Below are positions 1 to 12,798 of a stretch of DNA of 64,000 nucleotides, one piece after another. The DNA is taken from contig OX597828.1 of assembly GCA_951406725.2 (NCBI GenBank), positions 32,240,001 to 32,304,000 on the forward strand, given 5' to 3'. The stretch is from Octopus vulgaris (lineage: Eukaryota). The notes under the pieces are model-generated. The model was not told the origin of the DNA and made no database searches. It saw only the letters and a program-made list of their open reading frames with translations. Within the stretch, counting starts at the first letter, position 1, and each line of letters starts with the position of its first letter. The position numbers and the translations under genes are program-made.

Positions 1-78
1 AACTCAGAACGTAAATACAAACAAAATGCCGCTAAGCATTTCACTCGGAGGCTATAGTTTCTGCCAGCTTGCCGCCTT
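1..78 (-). mobile_element. SINE family A (tRNA-derived), 5' part, cut by the window edge
   Basis: The reverse complement matches the head aaggcggcgagctggcagaa...aaatgcttagcgg...acgtt of the full copy at 44290-44522. Confidence 0.8.
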
Positions 79-509
79 AGAGTTTATCTCAATTGTCATT
101 GACAATATTCGAGCGTGACAAAGGAATACGGCGTTAGAGTAATATCTACATGCGATCATCTATCAGTTGCATATCGATGGTTTTTATAGCGTTTCACCTG
201 CCAATTATGAACGAACACTGCAGAGTTAAATTTTTTTTATTTGTGGATATGTATATATACATATATTTATATACTTGTCGATATGCGTTTATCTCCTGAT
301 TATGTTTCCTTTCTGTAACTATATACATACACACACACTCACACACACACATATATATATATATATACATATATATGAGTATGCATATGTGTGTGAGTGC
401 TTGTGTGTGTTTGTGTGTGAGAGATTATGTGCACGTGTATGTACGTATATATTATTCTAGTATATCAAACACATAAATAGATATGCATAGATAGAGAGAT
501 AAGTATAGA

Positions 510-690
510 CGGTGAGAAACAAAAAAGATTGGTGTCTATGCAGCAAGCAGATGTATTAGTTTAATGCTCTGGAAATGAGAAAGACTTTTATGTTTCGAGC
601 CTACGCTCTTCAACAGAAAGGAACACAGAAATAAACAGGGAGAGAAAATAGAAAAAAACGTTTATTGGCTAGCGATCTATCATGCAAGAA
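510..690 (-). mobile_element. Penelope-like terminal-repeat (pLTR) fragment carrying a hammerhead motif
   Basis: Homologous to 1175-1330 and 46000-46190 (tgtattag...gtttcgagcctacgctcttcaacagaaag). Contains a minimal hammerhead on the minus strand. Confidence 0.6.
585..620 (-). ncRNA. Minimal type I hammerhead ribozyme-like motif (variant CUGUUGA core)
   Basis: Minus strand reads CUUU-CUGUUGA-A-GAGC-GUAG-GCUC-GAAAC-AUA-AAAG: stem I CUUU/AAAG, stem II GAGC/GCUC, GAAA core. Confidence 0.6.
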
Positions 691-1174
691 AAAGGGGTCA
701 CACAAGAGAGCTAGAGAGAAGGGGAGATAATAAACTAGTGATGATCACAAAAGGAAAATACATCAACGTGCTTGTGTTTGTGACTGTGTATATGTGCGTG
801 TGGAACGGGGTTGGTGACCTTGACGTGTGAATGTGTGCATATGTAGGTATGTGGACGATGGTGTAGGTGCTGGGAAGTGGTCAGTGCTAGTGTGTGCGGG
901 GTGGTGTGATGTGGTGGGGTATTGTAATGTGTGGTGTGATAGTTTTAGGGTGTAAGGAGGCGAGAGTAGTGGAAGCAGGGGGTCTAAGTGATGGGGTGGG
1001 GTTACGAGGGGTAGGGTGACGATGGAAGGGAGTGTGTGAAAGGGAACTATGCATGTATATATATTATGTATATTCACTAATGTTCGCATATAGATAGATA
1101 CATACATAATTACATACATATATAGATATAGGTGTGTGTGTGTGTGATTCAAAATCTGCAAAACAGCAGACAGA

Positions 1175-1330
1175 AGGCAGAAGATAAAGGCAGGTGTGGG
1201 AATAACAAACAAGGTGTATTAATCCGATGCGCAGGAAAAAGTGGAAATGTCTTTGACCTTTGGAGACTGCGCTTTTCTACAGTAAGGAACGAAGAAGGAA
1301 AACAATGGAGAGAGGAAAGTAAACAGAAAG
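1175..1330 (-). mobile_element. Degenerate copy of the same Penelope-like hammerhead repeat
   Basis: aaggcaggtg...aacaaacaaggtgtatta...gtctttgacctttggagactgcgcttttctacag aligns by eye with 46030-46130. Confidence 0.5.
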
Positions 1331-1765
1331 ATTAAAATGTAATTATTGTCTTGTTTAAGCTATCCCCAGACATACCTGCACACTTGTTCATACTAACACA
1401 TAAGCCATTTACGAATATGAAATAAAAATGTTTGACTGAAACAAATTTGAATAATGTTTTGTTCCTGGCATGTACGCCATGTTCTCAGCAAAAGTGAAAT
1501 TTTCCCATCGGCATATTTCTGCGTTCACCCACAGCACAAGCTTTTAATAATTGTTCGTGCACCCGTGAACATTCACACTAGTCTAGTCACGCAAAGTGAC
1601 CTAAGAATATTGTGTAGATCTGTAGGAAAATAGGTTTAGCGAGCATAAATGTGATAATATATCTTTGATCTCTAAATATAATTAAATGATACTATAACAC
1701 TGTATGTGTTCGTTAAGCGAAGCGTATTTTAACGTCCGCATATCTATGCATGTATTGAAGTATCA

Positions 1766-1799
<34 letters not shown>

Positions 1800-2508
1800 G
1801 TGTGTGTATGTGTGTATGTGTGTGTGTGTGTATACACAAACATACATGTACATATATACTGATGAGACAAAGCATTATAATATGTAATGGAAGAGGTTTC
1901 CTTTACTGGAACTTTGTAATATTAACGGTACCATTTTAATCAACATTATATAAGTCTAAATCAAAGGTGAGCGAGAATGGGTTTGGATACAAAACATAAG
2001 CTATTTATTCTGGCATTTAGCACATTCTGATGCCACAAAGCTTATAAATCAGGGAGATATTAAATCGGTTACGGTTCATTTTGGCTTTATCGATTGGCAA
2101 ATACTCTATTCAAATCCAATTAGTTGTACTCTATATACTATTTTATGCAGATGCCTTATGAATGCCGATCTTCTTATATAGCTGAGGGCAACCCAAGCAT
2201 ACGGATGATTTATATAATTATAAGCTGATGTTCGCAGCTGGCTTCCAAATTTCACATCAATGGGTTAACGCTACAGGTAATTAACACCACCGATTAACAG
2301 TACGAGTGAATGTAATTAACGCATCAAAGACATTAGCATCTGAAGTATAATTCAAACACAATTCCTTCTACTGACACATTCTAATCACGAACAGATATAT
2401 AAACGTAGAACATTAAGCTCAGATAAACACCTCATTTTAGCATCAAATACACAAATCTGATACAATACAGTTTTTATGATGATGTATGATTACTGCTCGT
2501 TACATATT

Positions 2509-2680
2509 GGTTGCAGATTTTGAGGGGAGGGAGAACTTGATTACACTGACCCCACTGTAACGCTGGTACTAATTCTTTCGACAGAGAAAGGAATAAATTC
2601 AAGCTCAAAATCTACAGAATTTTAATTGAGAACGTAAAAACGTACATTATGCTGCTAAACAATTTGGCTCGACGCCTTAA
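2509..2680 (-). mobile_element. SINE family A, old degenerate copy
   Basis: gattacactgacccccactgtaacgctggtactaattctttcgac...gagaacgtaa matches the reverse complement of the family A core. Confidence 0.55.
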
Positions 2681-3796
2681 CTGATCTGTATATATTAAAA
2701 ATCCTTTTTTGTCATGTTCTTAGATAAAGGATTATTTATATTCATGAAGTTACCTTATATCCTTATGGATATCCTTTCCAATCTTACAATAGTAATTACT
2801 ATTAATTTATCAGCTTATCTGGAAAACAAGATAACTACCATATTTTTCACATAACATAAAGAAGTTACATAGCATCTAAATTTGGTAATAGCATTTTCAA
2901 TAAATTCTCGCAAATATCAACGCATAGAAGTAACAGCAGACACTATTTCCTTATTCAAACCACTAAATAGTAACAATACTAGACATATACGGCTCCTTAC
3001 TCATCTATATCAGTTGCCAGTCGCTATATTTTAATATTTCTAGCCCATTGGCTTGAAAGCGATACAACAGATTATATTTGATGTTCACTATCTCAGCCAA
3101 CCTGTTTTTCATGATATATTGATGACTATCACAGCTTCATGTAAAAGGTGAGTACATTAACTGATAGACTCCATTATTTATCTTCTACTAATATATCTTT
3201 AAAATGATCTATGTTGGGAGGAAACAAGAGAAAAATCAAGTTTACGAAATTCTTCAACGCAAGTTTTCGGAATAGCGCAACAATGCTAATAAAGTAAGTC
3301 TAAATAAAAGCATCGCCATATAGATCAAGATCAACAAACAAAGAGATACATTTTCCAAGAGTATGATCTTTAGCCATCACTGTCACCTCACTATCTTGAA
3401 ACTGAACATTGTGCAGTAATGCGTTATTTATGGCAGACGTTGATAGCAAGACGGGTAATACAGGACGATAATAAAACTAAGATATCAATCTATATATAAA
3501 AAAAAATCCATTACTACAACAATAATCAGCATCACCTACCAACGCCATACAAATGGCGCTATACAGTAGACTGAAGTTATTTTTAACGAAATTTATTGAA
3601 CGTAGAATTGCAGCGAGGAGACGAGTTGAAATTTCGGATCACAGGTGCTGGATGCACCCAAACTAAGACAGATAATTTCTTTTGCTGAAGAGTGTTTAAT
3701 ATCTTGGTGGCTATCTTACATATAAAGAAACACACACATGAATGTTTGTATAGATGTATATGTAGTATATTCATATGATTCTACATATATGGATCT

Positions 3797-3862
3797 ATGT
3801 ATGTATGTACGTATGTATGTATGTTTGTATGTATGTATGTATGTATGTATGTATGTATGTAT
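3797..3862. repeat. (TATG)n microsatellite
   Basis: Directly visible tandem array. Confidence 0.95.
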
Positions 3863-3865
3863 ACG

Positions 3866-4050
3866 AACGTGGTCTGCGAGTTAAGAGCACTCACTACCGC
3901 ATGATCCAGGCTTCGATTCGCCGAAATGCGAAACTTTGTACGTTTGCGCAAAATGCATGCACCTCTATTCAAGCTGATGGATTCATTCGAAATGAAGCCC
4001 AATGCCATGAAGGGCGTTGTGACCTGCGGGATGTAGCAATAGTCGATTAT
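3866..4050 (+). mobile_element. Probable degenerate tRNA-derived SINE (separate family)
   Basis: A-box-like cgtggtctgcgagttaagagc and B-box-like ggcttcgattc at tRNA-like spacing, flanked by microsatellites. Confidence 0.35.
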
Positions 4051-4093
4051 TTTGGTCGATAGGTTTATATACATACATACATACATACATATA

Positions 4094-4160
<67 letters not shown>

Positions 4161-4474
4161 GTTCTAACTTACCTCACATTGCCATTATCTTCAACAATGC
4201 CAGCTGGAATTTTAATGAAATCAGTGTGGATGTTAGACATGGACTGTAAATTTGCGTAGTAATACTGCTTCGCTGAGCAGAAAGCTCGGACAAGTTTTCT
4301 ATGAGTATATCGCACTGTCATAAACAGTAGGGAGGAGTTCGGGTTTATTTTACTAGACCCATCGCTCCAATGATAATTAGCGATATTGATGATGCAAATG
4401 ATAGTAAATTAAGAAGGGCGATTACAGGAAAATAACAAAAAGAAAATCAATCAGAACAACAACAAACAACGACC

Positions 4475-4589
<115 letters not shown>

Positions 4590-5051
4590 ATCTAATGTTA
4601 TTTCAATGTATATTGATGAAATGGAAAATAATACTTTGGATGTGAAATATGAGAAGGTACGAATTTGATTGCAATATATATAGCTTGATATATTTCAAGA
4701 AAAGCAATCAAAGTATAATCATATATGTAGCATGATTTGTTTACTTACATGAATCTGGCTTGCAGCCTGGAACGATGGAAATATATCTAAGAAACGATGC
4801 ACGGCTCTCATCTTAGATTCAAACGGTAGCCAAACATGATTTTATCACACGCAATATGTACGTCCACCAGGAATATTTCAGGAAATTAATTTGTAATTCT
4901 TTTTTAGTCATATAAATATAGTTCTATTGTAAGCAGATATCAATCGATTTTGTCACAATCGTTTAACATTTATGCATTTATAAAACGGATGTAAGCTTCA
5001 AGCTATATACGCAAGTACCACTCTCACTTCCACTCAGAATCCCCATCTTTC

Positions 5052-5052
<1 letters not shown>

Positions 5053-5092
<40 letters not shown>

Positions 5093-5431
5093 ATACACAC
5101 ACAGACACACACACTCACACCAATATGCACATATAGATAAATAGATATATTTGTGGAAATGGAATATATAAAGTACATTATGTATGTATATATAGTCATA
5201 TACATATATATAACATTTATATATATTTAAATATATAAGAAATATATATATATATAAAAACATATAATGCATATACATATATGTGTATATATATCTTTGT
5301 ATATGTTTTTGTATATATAAAATACAATGTGTGTATGCGTAAATATAATTTATATATTTAAATATATATGTATACGTGATATATATATATATATATGTAA
5401 TTTATATATTTAAATGTATATGTATAAGTGT

Positions 5432-5464
<33 letters not shown>

Positions 5465-5529
5465 GTAATTTATATATTTAAATGTATATGTATACATGAT
5501 ATATATATATATATATGTATGGATGTATG

Positions 5530-5565
<36 letters not shown>

Positions 5566-5660
5566 TATATATATATATATAGAGAGAGAGAGACAGAGAG
5601 AAATAAATATATAGATAGATAGATAGACAGATAGACAGGAAGTGGGAGAGAGAGAGGGAG
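5053..5660. repeat. Compound microsatellite block (CA/TA/TC/GA/GATA)
   Basis: Directly visible. It explains the [12 protein letters not shown] ORFs here. Confidence 0.9.
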
Positions 5661-6276
5661 TAATTCGTTATTCATATAGCTATATATGTGTTTCTGCTCG
5701 ATCATTCTTCTGTGTGTTGATTCCTGCGAAAGTAATTACTTCAGTTATAAATATATTCGAACACATACTTTAAGCGTATATTCGTAGATTTATGTTTGCA
5801 ACGGTAAGGCCAACACGTAATCAAGGAGGGGCCTTTGTTACTTTGAATACTAGCATAAACGCAAATATGCAGCCGTCCAAACAACCAAACATCCAAACAC
5901 ACACAAAGAAATACACCCTACTCTCTCTCACGAATACACATATACATACATACTTGTGTTTATATGCGCGTATGTGTGTGTGTGTGTGTTTGTGTATGTA
6001 CAGAAATGTATAAATAGGAAAACGGATTGATATACAATTTCAAACGTATATAGATATCTTGGCTGGGAAATAAATAGAAATGGTCGAATAAAAGTAACTC
6101 GACGCAATACATTAAAGGAGAGAATTTATTTAATTTGGTCCAGTGGATGCGACGCCTAGATCTATATTGTGTTTGGTAGGTTGTTCTCCTTTGAGAACGA
6201 TGATTCCTCTACGGCTGTGGAACGAACAAGGCAGTAATTGTTTCTATACGGAAACTTGCAATTAGAATCATTCGTT

Positions 6277-6309
<33 letters not shown>

Positions 6310-6789
6310 GCATGTGTCATGTCATTTTTCAGTTTTATTTCGAATAGAAGAGCCTGTTTCTATACAAGATTCAAGGCTCCTTCATTGGAATTTCAGCATC
6401 ATCAACATGGCATTTTTGTTTTTTGAATGTATGTATGCATTAATGCAGATTTGTATGTTCTGCTTTATGTATGTTCTCTCATGCATATAGTTGCATATCG
6501 AGACATGCTCATATATTTTTAAATGATAAACTTCTGAAAAGTTTTACAGAATTTTACAGTTCCAGTGATGGATTGGATCTGTAGTCTTGGAAATAGCTTT
6601 CTCCTTTCTGGTTTTGAGGAGCACAGTTTCTAAAGATTGGAATCTAGCCAGCGTGTTACATATCCCAGGGCCCCCAGTAATTACAGGTACAAACCTAAAC
6701 TGTACGTATGCATGTATGCATGCAGGGTAACAAACAAATTCCTTCATTTCATCAATTTGTACATGTCAGAGTATGTACCAGGTAGTGAA

Positions 6790-6862
6790 GTTGTTGCTAA
6801 CGGTAGTGCTCCAACATGGCGGCAGTTCTCAAGGTAAAACTCCTAAAAGATAACAGATAAAG
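6790..6862 (+). mobile_element. SINE family B 3' fragment
   Basis: gtagtgctccaacatggcggcagt...taaaagataacagataaaga resembles ggcggtgctccagcatggccgcagtc...agtaa of 50367-50432. Confidence 0.45.
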
Positions 6863-6918
<56 letters not shown>

Positions 6919-6982
6919 CATATTTCGTTTTGGGATTTTGTTTGCAAGATTATTTGCATCAGTTCGTGTGTTGAAGCATATT

Positions 6983-7279
6983 CTGTTGTGTCTGAGGAGA
7001 GTCATTTTCATTTTGTGACTTATAATATAACACACTCACCAGTAACATTTCCAATTTTTTCCTGTTTTTATTTTCCAAAAATTTTCGTTTCCCTCTTGCA
7101 ATCTTTTCAATAGTTTTGGCTATCAATCTATCTAACTATCAGTCAAAACTATTGAAAAGGTTGCAAGACGCAACGAAGATTTTAGGAAAATAAAAATAAG
7201 AAAAAGGTGGAAATATTTACCGGTGAATGTGTTATATTATAAGGCACAAAAAGAAAATGACTCTCCCCAGACACAACAG
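6983..7279. mobile_element. Foldback (long inverted repeat) element
   Basis: 6983-7121 is an imperfect reverse complement of 7141-7279 (ctgttgtgtctgaggagagtcatttt... / ...aaaatgactctccccagacacaacag), with a ~19-nt spacer. Confidence 0.85.
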
Positions 7280-7295
7280 TATATATACATATAAA

Positions 7296-7488
<193 letters not shown>

Positions 7489-8731
7489 CAAAAACTATTG
7501 TGCAAATTGTAAATATTATATAACGTAGATTATTCAATGTAACTATTTTCTTCTTTTGTCGTGTTATATATTAACGTCGTAAAATCAGATAATCTATCTC
7601 TCTGAATTTCGACAGAAATTCCTTCATCTCAAGTAGTAACATTGTGTTTCCGTTGGTGTTATTGCTATTAGGCAACTTGATATGAACAAATGTATCGATT
7701 ATTTCCTTGGAAATATTTAAGAAGTACGATACAAGTGAGGATTTTACTGTTAAGTTGGTATTTGCTACTGAAATTTGGCGGTCGAACATTGAATAATTTT
7801 GTAAATATTAACAAGCCTGTGATGTTTGTAATATGCTGTAAACAAAATGTTGAAATATAATTTGAATATAAAGTATACGATGAAGGACTCAAGCGGGATT
7901 CTGTATTGGAGAAAGTTAATATTTACATTTTCGATTTTCGTAGACGTATACTATAAACGGAATCTAAAATGCTGTAGTAAATAGCTGCTAGATAAATAGT
8001 AATGATTTCAACAGTAACCTGTATGATTTCCATTATTTACCACTTGAATATCTGAAAATATCAATTGCTACTTTGCACTCTGACTGCCCAAATGGCTGTA
8101 ACGTTTCTCTCTAACACATCACCATGTTGAGTTAATATAATCTCTTGTGATGCTCTAATTTTGTAGTAAGACTAAACTATTCATTCAAAATGTATTTCTT
8201 ATAAATATTTCGAAAGTTTTCATATTTATTTGAAAATATATTACTATACTTCGGCGTTATTTTGTCCCAGTTCATACACGCATCAATTTAATTCCCGTTC
8301 GAATGTAATGGAGCCATGGCGGTCTTTTTAAAAAATGATCATATACCTTGCGTGATACTACAACATATCATGTACGACTCCTATTTTGGAAAGCGGAATA
8401 TGATTTGATGGAGTTTTGCTTGCTTTTCGCACTGGTGAAATGACTATATGAAATTTCCTACATTGGCCTAATGCCAGAATAATTTATTCATCCAGTGGTA
8501 TCTCTTTGTAATAGATGTTTATGCAAGATTTTTCAAATATTTTCTCATATAAGAAGCAAATTATATGCGAAATAAGTATAAAAATTAATTTCATTAAGGA
8601 AGACACCGCCTAGGAATTATAACAGGATTTGCATTATAATTATTATTACGCTAAATGGAGGATGTAATTTGATTCTTATAGCTATAAATCAAAAGTCTCC
8701 AAATATATATGTGTATAGATAGTTAGTTAGT

Positions 8732-8856
<125 letters not shown>

Positions 8857-8909
8857 GCATGCATGATTGCAAACATACATAGATACATCATACATAATTT
8901 ATACATCAA

Positions 8910-9220
8910 CAGTGACGTAGAAAGCCACTACCTAAAAGAAAAGCAAGGCGACAGAGTCTTAACATCAATCCAGACTACCTTTGAATGTCGGATCCTATCC
9001 CTTCGTCATCAAATATTATCCACCAAGTGTCGAAATGCATCCCTTGACCAAGTTTGCGTACATGAAGTTTATAACATCATAAGAGTTGGAAAATAAATTC
9101 TGATAAACTTAAACACATGCCCAACGAATTCGCAATATTTTACCGCAACGTACCATCTGATGAGGGTATATCAGCAGAAGACCATGCATGGATATGTTAG
9201 TAGAAAGCTCTGAGATGACA
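8910..9220 (+). mobile_element. Possible Penelope-like element 3' remnant (GIY-YIG C-terminal part plus decayed hammerhead)
   Basis: The ORF segment QTTFECRILSLRHQILSTKCRNASL loosely resembles the PLE GIY-YIG stretch 'GQT..L..R...HR.QI'. It is followed by CTGATGA at 9157 and GAAA at 9203. Confidence 0.3.
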
Positions 9221-9339
9221 GTGACTTTAATAAGCCGATTTCTACCTCCTACTTTGAGGGTATGTGTTTGAGGAACAGGAAATATCAAACAAATACCTGA
9301 TCATCATAAATACCTGATCATCAAACAAATACCTGATCA

Positions 9340-9890
9340 CCCACATCATAAGCAGTTGTCCGAAAATGATGTCACGGGATTATCTATCGATGAGAAACGA
9401 TATACTAGCTATGACACTGTATAACGAGTTCCGTCAGAAGGATAGCACAGAGGATAAAGAAATAAGAACCCATAATATGGGAGAAGACATAGCCATTCAT
9501 AATAAAAAGGAATACTGGTGCAATGCCCCAGTGAAAACCCAATAAAATGTAAAATAATGGACCTGACATAGCGATTTGTGATAGAGAAGAGAAACTGTGT
9601 ACAGTTCTTAAAGTAGCTACCCAGCGGATGTTAGTATAAAGCAAAATATCAGAGATAAACAAAATACTTATGCTGAACTATTGACAAATTTGCTGTTATT
9701 TTATCAAGATTACAAGTTTAGGTTTACGCCTGTAATCATTGGGACACTGGGATATGTAACACACTATCTAAATACGAATCTTGAGAAATTAGCCTTCTCA
9801 AACCACAAAGGAGAAAGTTGATTCGAAGACTACAAATCCAGTCCATCACTGGGAATGTAAAAATCTGTAAAATTATTATTTATACATGAG
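9340..9890 (+). pseudogene. R4/Dong-like non-LTR retrotransposon, RLE endonuclease fragment
   Basis: Translation gives HIISSCPKM..YLSMRND (CCHC/RHD region), PDIAICDREEKLC (PD-D/ExK start) and PVIIGTLGYV, broken by frameshifts. Confidence 0.75.
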
Positions 9891-10175
9891 CATGTTTAGA
9901 TATACAACCATATGCATGAGAATACATAAACCAAAACATACAAATCTGCACATATACGTACATATATACATACAAACAAAATAACTAGTTGATATTGTTG
10001 AAATGGAGAAGTCTTGGATCTAGGTTAGAAACTAGATCCTTTTCTATTGGCAACAAATCTGGAAATGAAAATAAATAATGATAAGCATATATACCCAATG
10101 TATACATATATAAGCACATACACACTCACACAAGTACACACACACGCACGCAAACGCACACAGATACGCACACAT

Positions 10176-10281
<106 letters not shown>

Positions 10282-10542
10282 TTAACCATTGCAATAGGGA
10301 AAAAATTATTTAGAAGTCGGAGCGTTTTCGTTTCAGCCATTCTGCGAAAGGTAGCTAACAGCATGCCTACAAGCTAAAAGTATTTTTTCAATGAAATCGT
10401 TCCGCAGAAAGCAAAATCCAAGGAGAATATCTTACACAGGAAGAATAATAAAGTTAGTGAAGAAATGAATGCGTGGCTATTACCGTTATTCTTTAATACA
10501 TGTAGTACCAAAGCCACGATTCTCCGATTTAATATACGTTAT

Positions 10543-10756
10543 AATATTGGTTTCAAATGTTGGTACAAGGCCAGCAATTTCGATAGAGAAGTCGTCTACA
10601 TATTCCCCAGTGCTTGACTAGTACTTATTTTATTGACGGTAAAAGGATGAAAGGGGAAGTCGATCGCGGCAGACTTTGAAACCAGAACGTAATGACGAAT
10701 GAAATGCCGCGAAGCAGATTGTAGCTCGTGTAAACTATTCTGCCAGTTCGCTGCTT
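10543..10756 (-). mobile_element. SINE family A copy
   Basis: Reverse complement of the family A body, ending in the tail ggccttgtaccaacatttgaaacc. Confidence 0.75.
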
Positions 10757-10783
10757 TTGTTATATTAATCATTACTGCTTTCA

Positions 10784-10976
10784 AAGGCGCCGAGCCGGCA
10801 GAAATGTTAGCACGCCGGCGAAATGCTTAGCTGTGTTACGTCTGCCGCTACGTTCTTAGTTTAAATTCCGCCGAGGGTCGATAAAATAAGTACCAGTTAC
10901 GCACTGGAGCTGATCTAATCGACTGGCCCCCTCCCGGAAAAAAATCGGTATTGTGCCTAGAGTAGAAATCAATTAT
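10784..10976 (+). mobile_element. SINE family A copy (internal deletion)
   Basis: aaggcgccgagccggcagaa...ggtcgataaaataagtaccag...gactggccccctccc...tgtgcctagagtagaaa. Confidence 0.85.
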
Positions 10977-11155
10977 TACTGGTTTCAAAAGTCCAAAACC
11001 TTATGGGTGGGGATCATGGAGATTATATCGACACCGTAAATCGGCTGGTACTTATTTTATCGACCTCAAAATCATGGAAATCAAAGTAGACATTGGCGGA
11101 ATTTGAATTCATATCACAAAGACAGATCAGAAGCCAGTATGAATTTTTTCCGGCG
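10977..11155 (-). mobile_element. SINE family A degenerate copy
   Basis: ctggtacttattttatcgacc...ggcggaatttgaa. Confidence 0.6.
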
Positions 11156-12055
11156 TCAAGGTTATACATAATAATATTTTACTCGTCTTTACACGTAAAT
11201 TCTTACAGTGACCTTATATCATAGGAAAATAATATTTAAAGCAAGTATCTATTTATATTTAGATACTTCAAATTTAGATACCATTGCCTTCTTTTTTTTT
11301 TGCTATATTTTTAATGTTGCATACAGTTAATGTTAGTGAAGGAAGCGACAATTTTACGAGAGGTACATTTTGTTTTGTCCAGTCCGTATGCAAATTCAAA
11401 ATGGAAGAAATATTTTGTTAGATAATGCCCAGTATACAAGAAACATAAAATATGAAGTAATTTATTTAATTTCTGATATTTTGGATGTCTTTATATATTC
11501 AACATCATACATTGTTTTTCATAGAAGCAGAGAAAGCAACAATATTAATTAAAATCATATTTGCAGGGATATTCCGCTTCAAAGTTATGGAATGCATTCA
11601 TAAAAGCTGTCGGTTGAATCTTAAATCCATTATCATATGGAAGCTATCCAAATTTCAGCGTTTCTCTTGATCATAACCATTTTGAAGCTGGTTGTTGTAT
11701 TGTTTTGTTTAACTTTAGTTTGACATTGCTTTCCTAACACGATGTATGGAATATTCTCGTCTGGATTCAGGATTACAGTTTCATATGACGGGTCCATAAC
11801 GTAATATTGAGATAGTATCAACATTTTTACCATTGAGGAAGGAGGGAAAATAATGAGAGAACTAATTCTTCAGCTCACAGTATACGACAGACAAATGACC
11901 TCGCTATTTCAAAATTTGTGTTTTAGGTGGTATGGACCATATTTCCACTGAAGTTTATATCTCGCTGTTTTATGTCCTAACGATAATTTAATAAACTCCC
12001 AAATCGCTTTCTGCAAATATACAAAGCAATCATTTACCAATATGTATAAATGCAA

Positions 12056-12240
12056 AATGGCGGTGGACTAACAGAATCCTTACTATGCAGAGTAAAATGC
12101 TTAGCAGTATTTCATGTTGCTTTATATTCTCTGTTCAAATAGCGCCGGGGTCGATTTTACCTTTCATTCTTTCAGGGTCAATAAATTAAGCACCAGGGAC
12201 GCCCGCTCATCCCAAATTGCTGGACTTGTGCCAAAACTTT
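12056..12240 (+). mobile_element. SINE family A copy
   Basis: aaatgcttagcagtatttc...ggggtcgattttacctttcattctttcagggtcaataaattaagcaccag...aaattgctggacttgtgccaaaa. Confidence 0.7.
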
Positions 12241-12292
12241 ATCATCAGACGAGAGGTTGCGCCATGTGTAGACTATATTGTTGTTGTTAATA

Positions 12293-12475
12293 TGGCGAAC
12301 TAACAGAATTGGCAGCACGCCGGACAAAATGCTTGTCGGTATTTCGTCCGTCTTTACGTTCTGAATACAAACTATGCCGGGATCGATTTTGTCTTGTATC
12401 CTCTCGGGCTCGATAAATTAAGTACCAGTTTAGCACTGTGTGTACCGCACTGTTTTACCCCTCTCCCCACACATT
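12293..12475 (+). mobile_element. SINE family A copy
   Basis: gcacgccggacaaaatgcttgtcggtatttcgtc...cgataaattaagtaccagtt. Confidence 0.7.
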
Positions 12476-12600
12476 CTGCATTTGTCGCTCTTGTTTTATT
12501 AAATCTGCACCTCAAATAGTTTATCATCAAAACTTATTCTTGTATCGCGCATGTAAGTGCTTCTTTTTCTATCGTCAATTCATCTTCCGCATCCATAACC

Positions 12601-12798
12601 TATTTCTTTATTACCTACAAGGTGCTAAACATAGAGGGGACGAACAAGGACATACATAGGTATTAAGTCGATTACATCGACCCCAGTGCGTAACTGGTGC
12701 TTAATTTATCGACCCCGAAAGGATGAAAGGCAAAGCCGACCTCGGCGCTTAGCATTTCGCCCGGCGCGCTAACGATTCTGCCAGCTCGCCGCCTTGTA
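12601..12798 (-). mobile_element. Young SINE family A copy with a 15-bp TSD and Tx1-like tail
   Basis: Flanked by the direct repeat tccgcatccataacc (12586-12600 and 12799-12813). Body close to the 44290 copy apart from an internal deletion. Confidence 0.9.

Noticed and set aside
6338-6392. Hairpin gagcct/aggctc with CCAAUGA...CGAAAU on the minus strand, resembling a hammerhead
   Set aside because: The core deviates at several invariant positions and stem II is not adjacent to GAAA.
11633-11833. 66-aa minus-strand ORF of normal complexity
   Set aside because: No recognisable domain or clear splice context, so I cannot support it as an exon.
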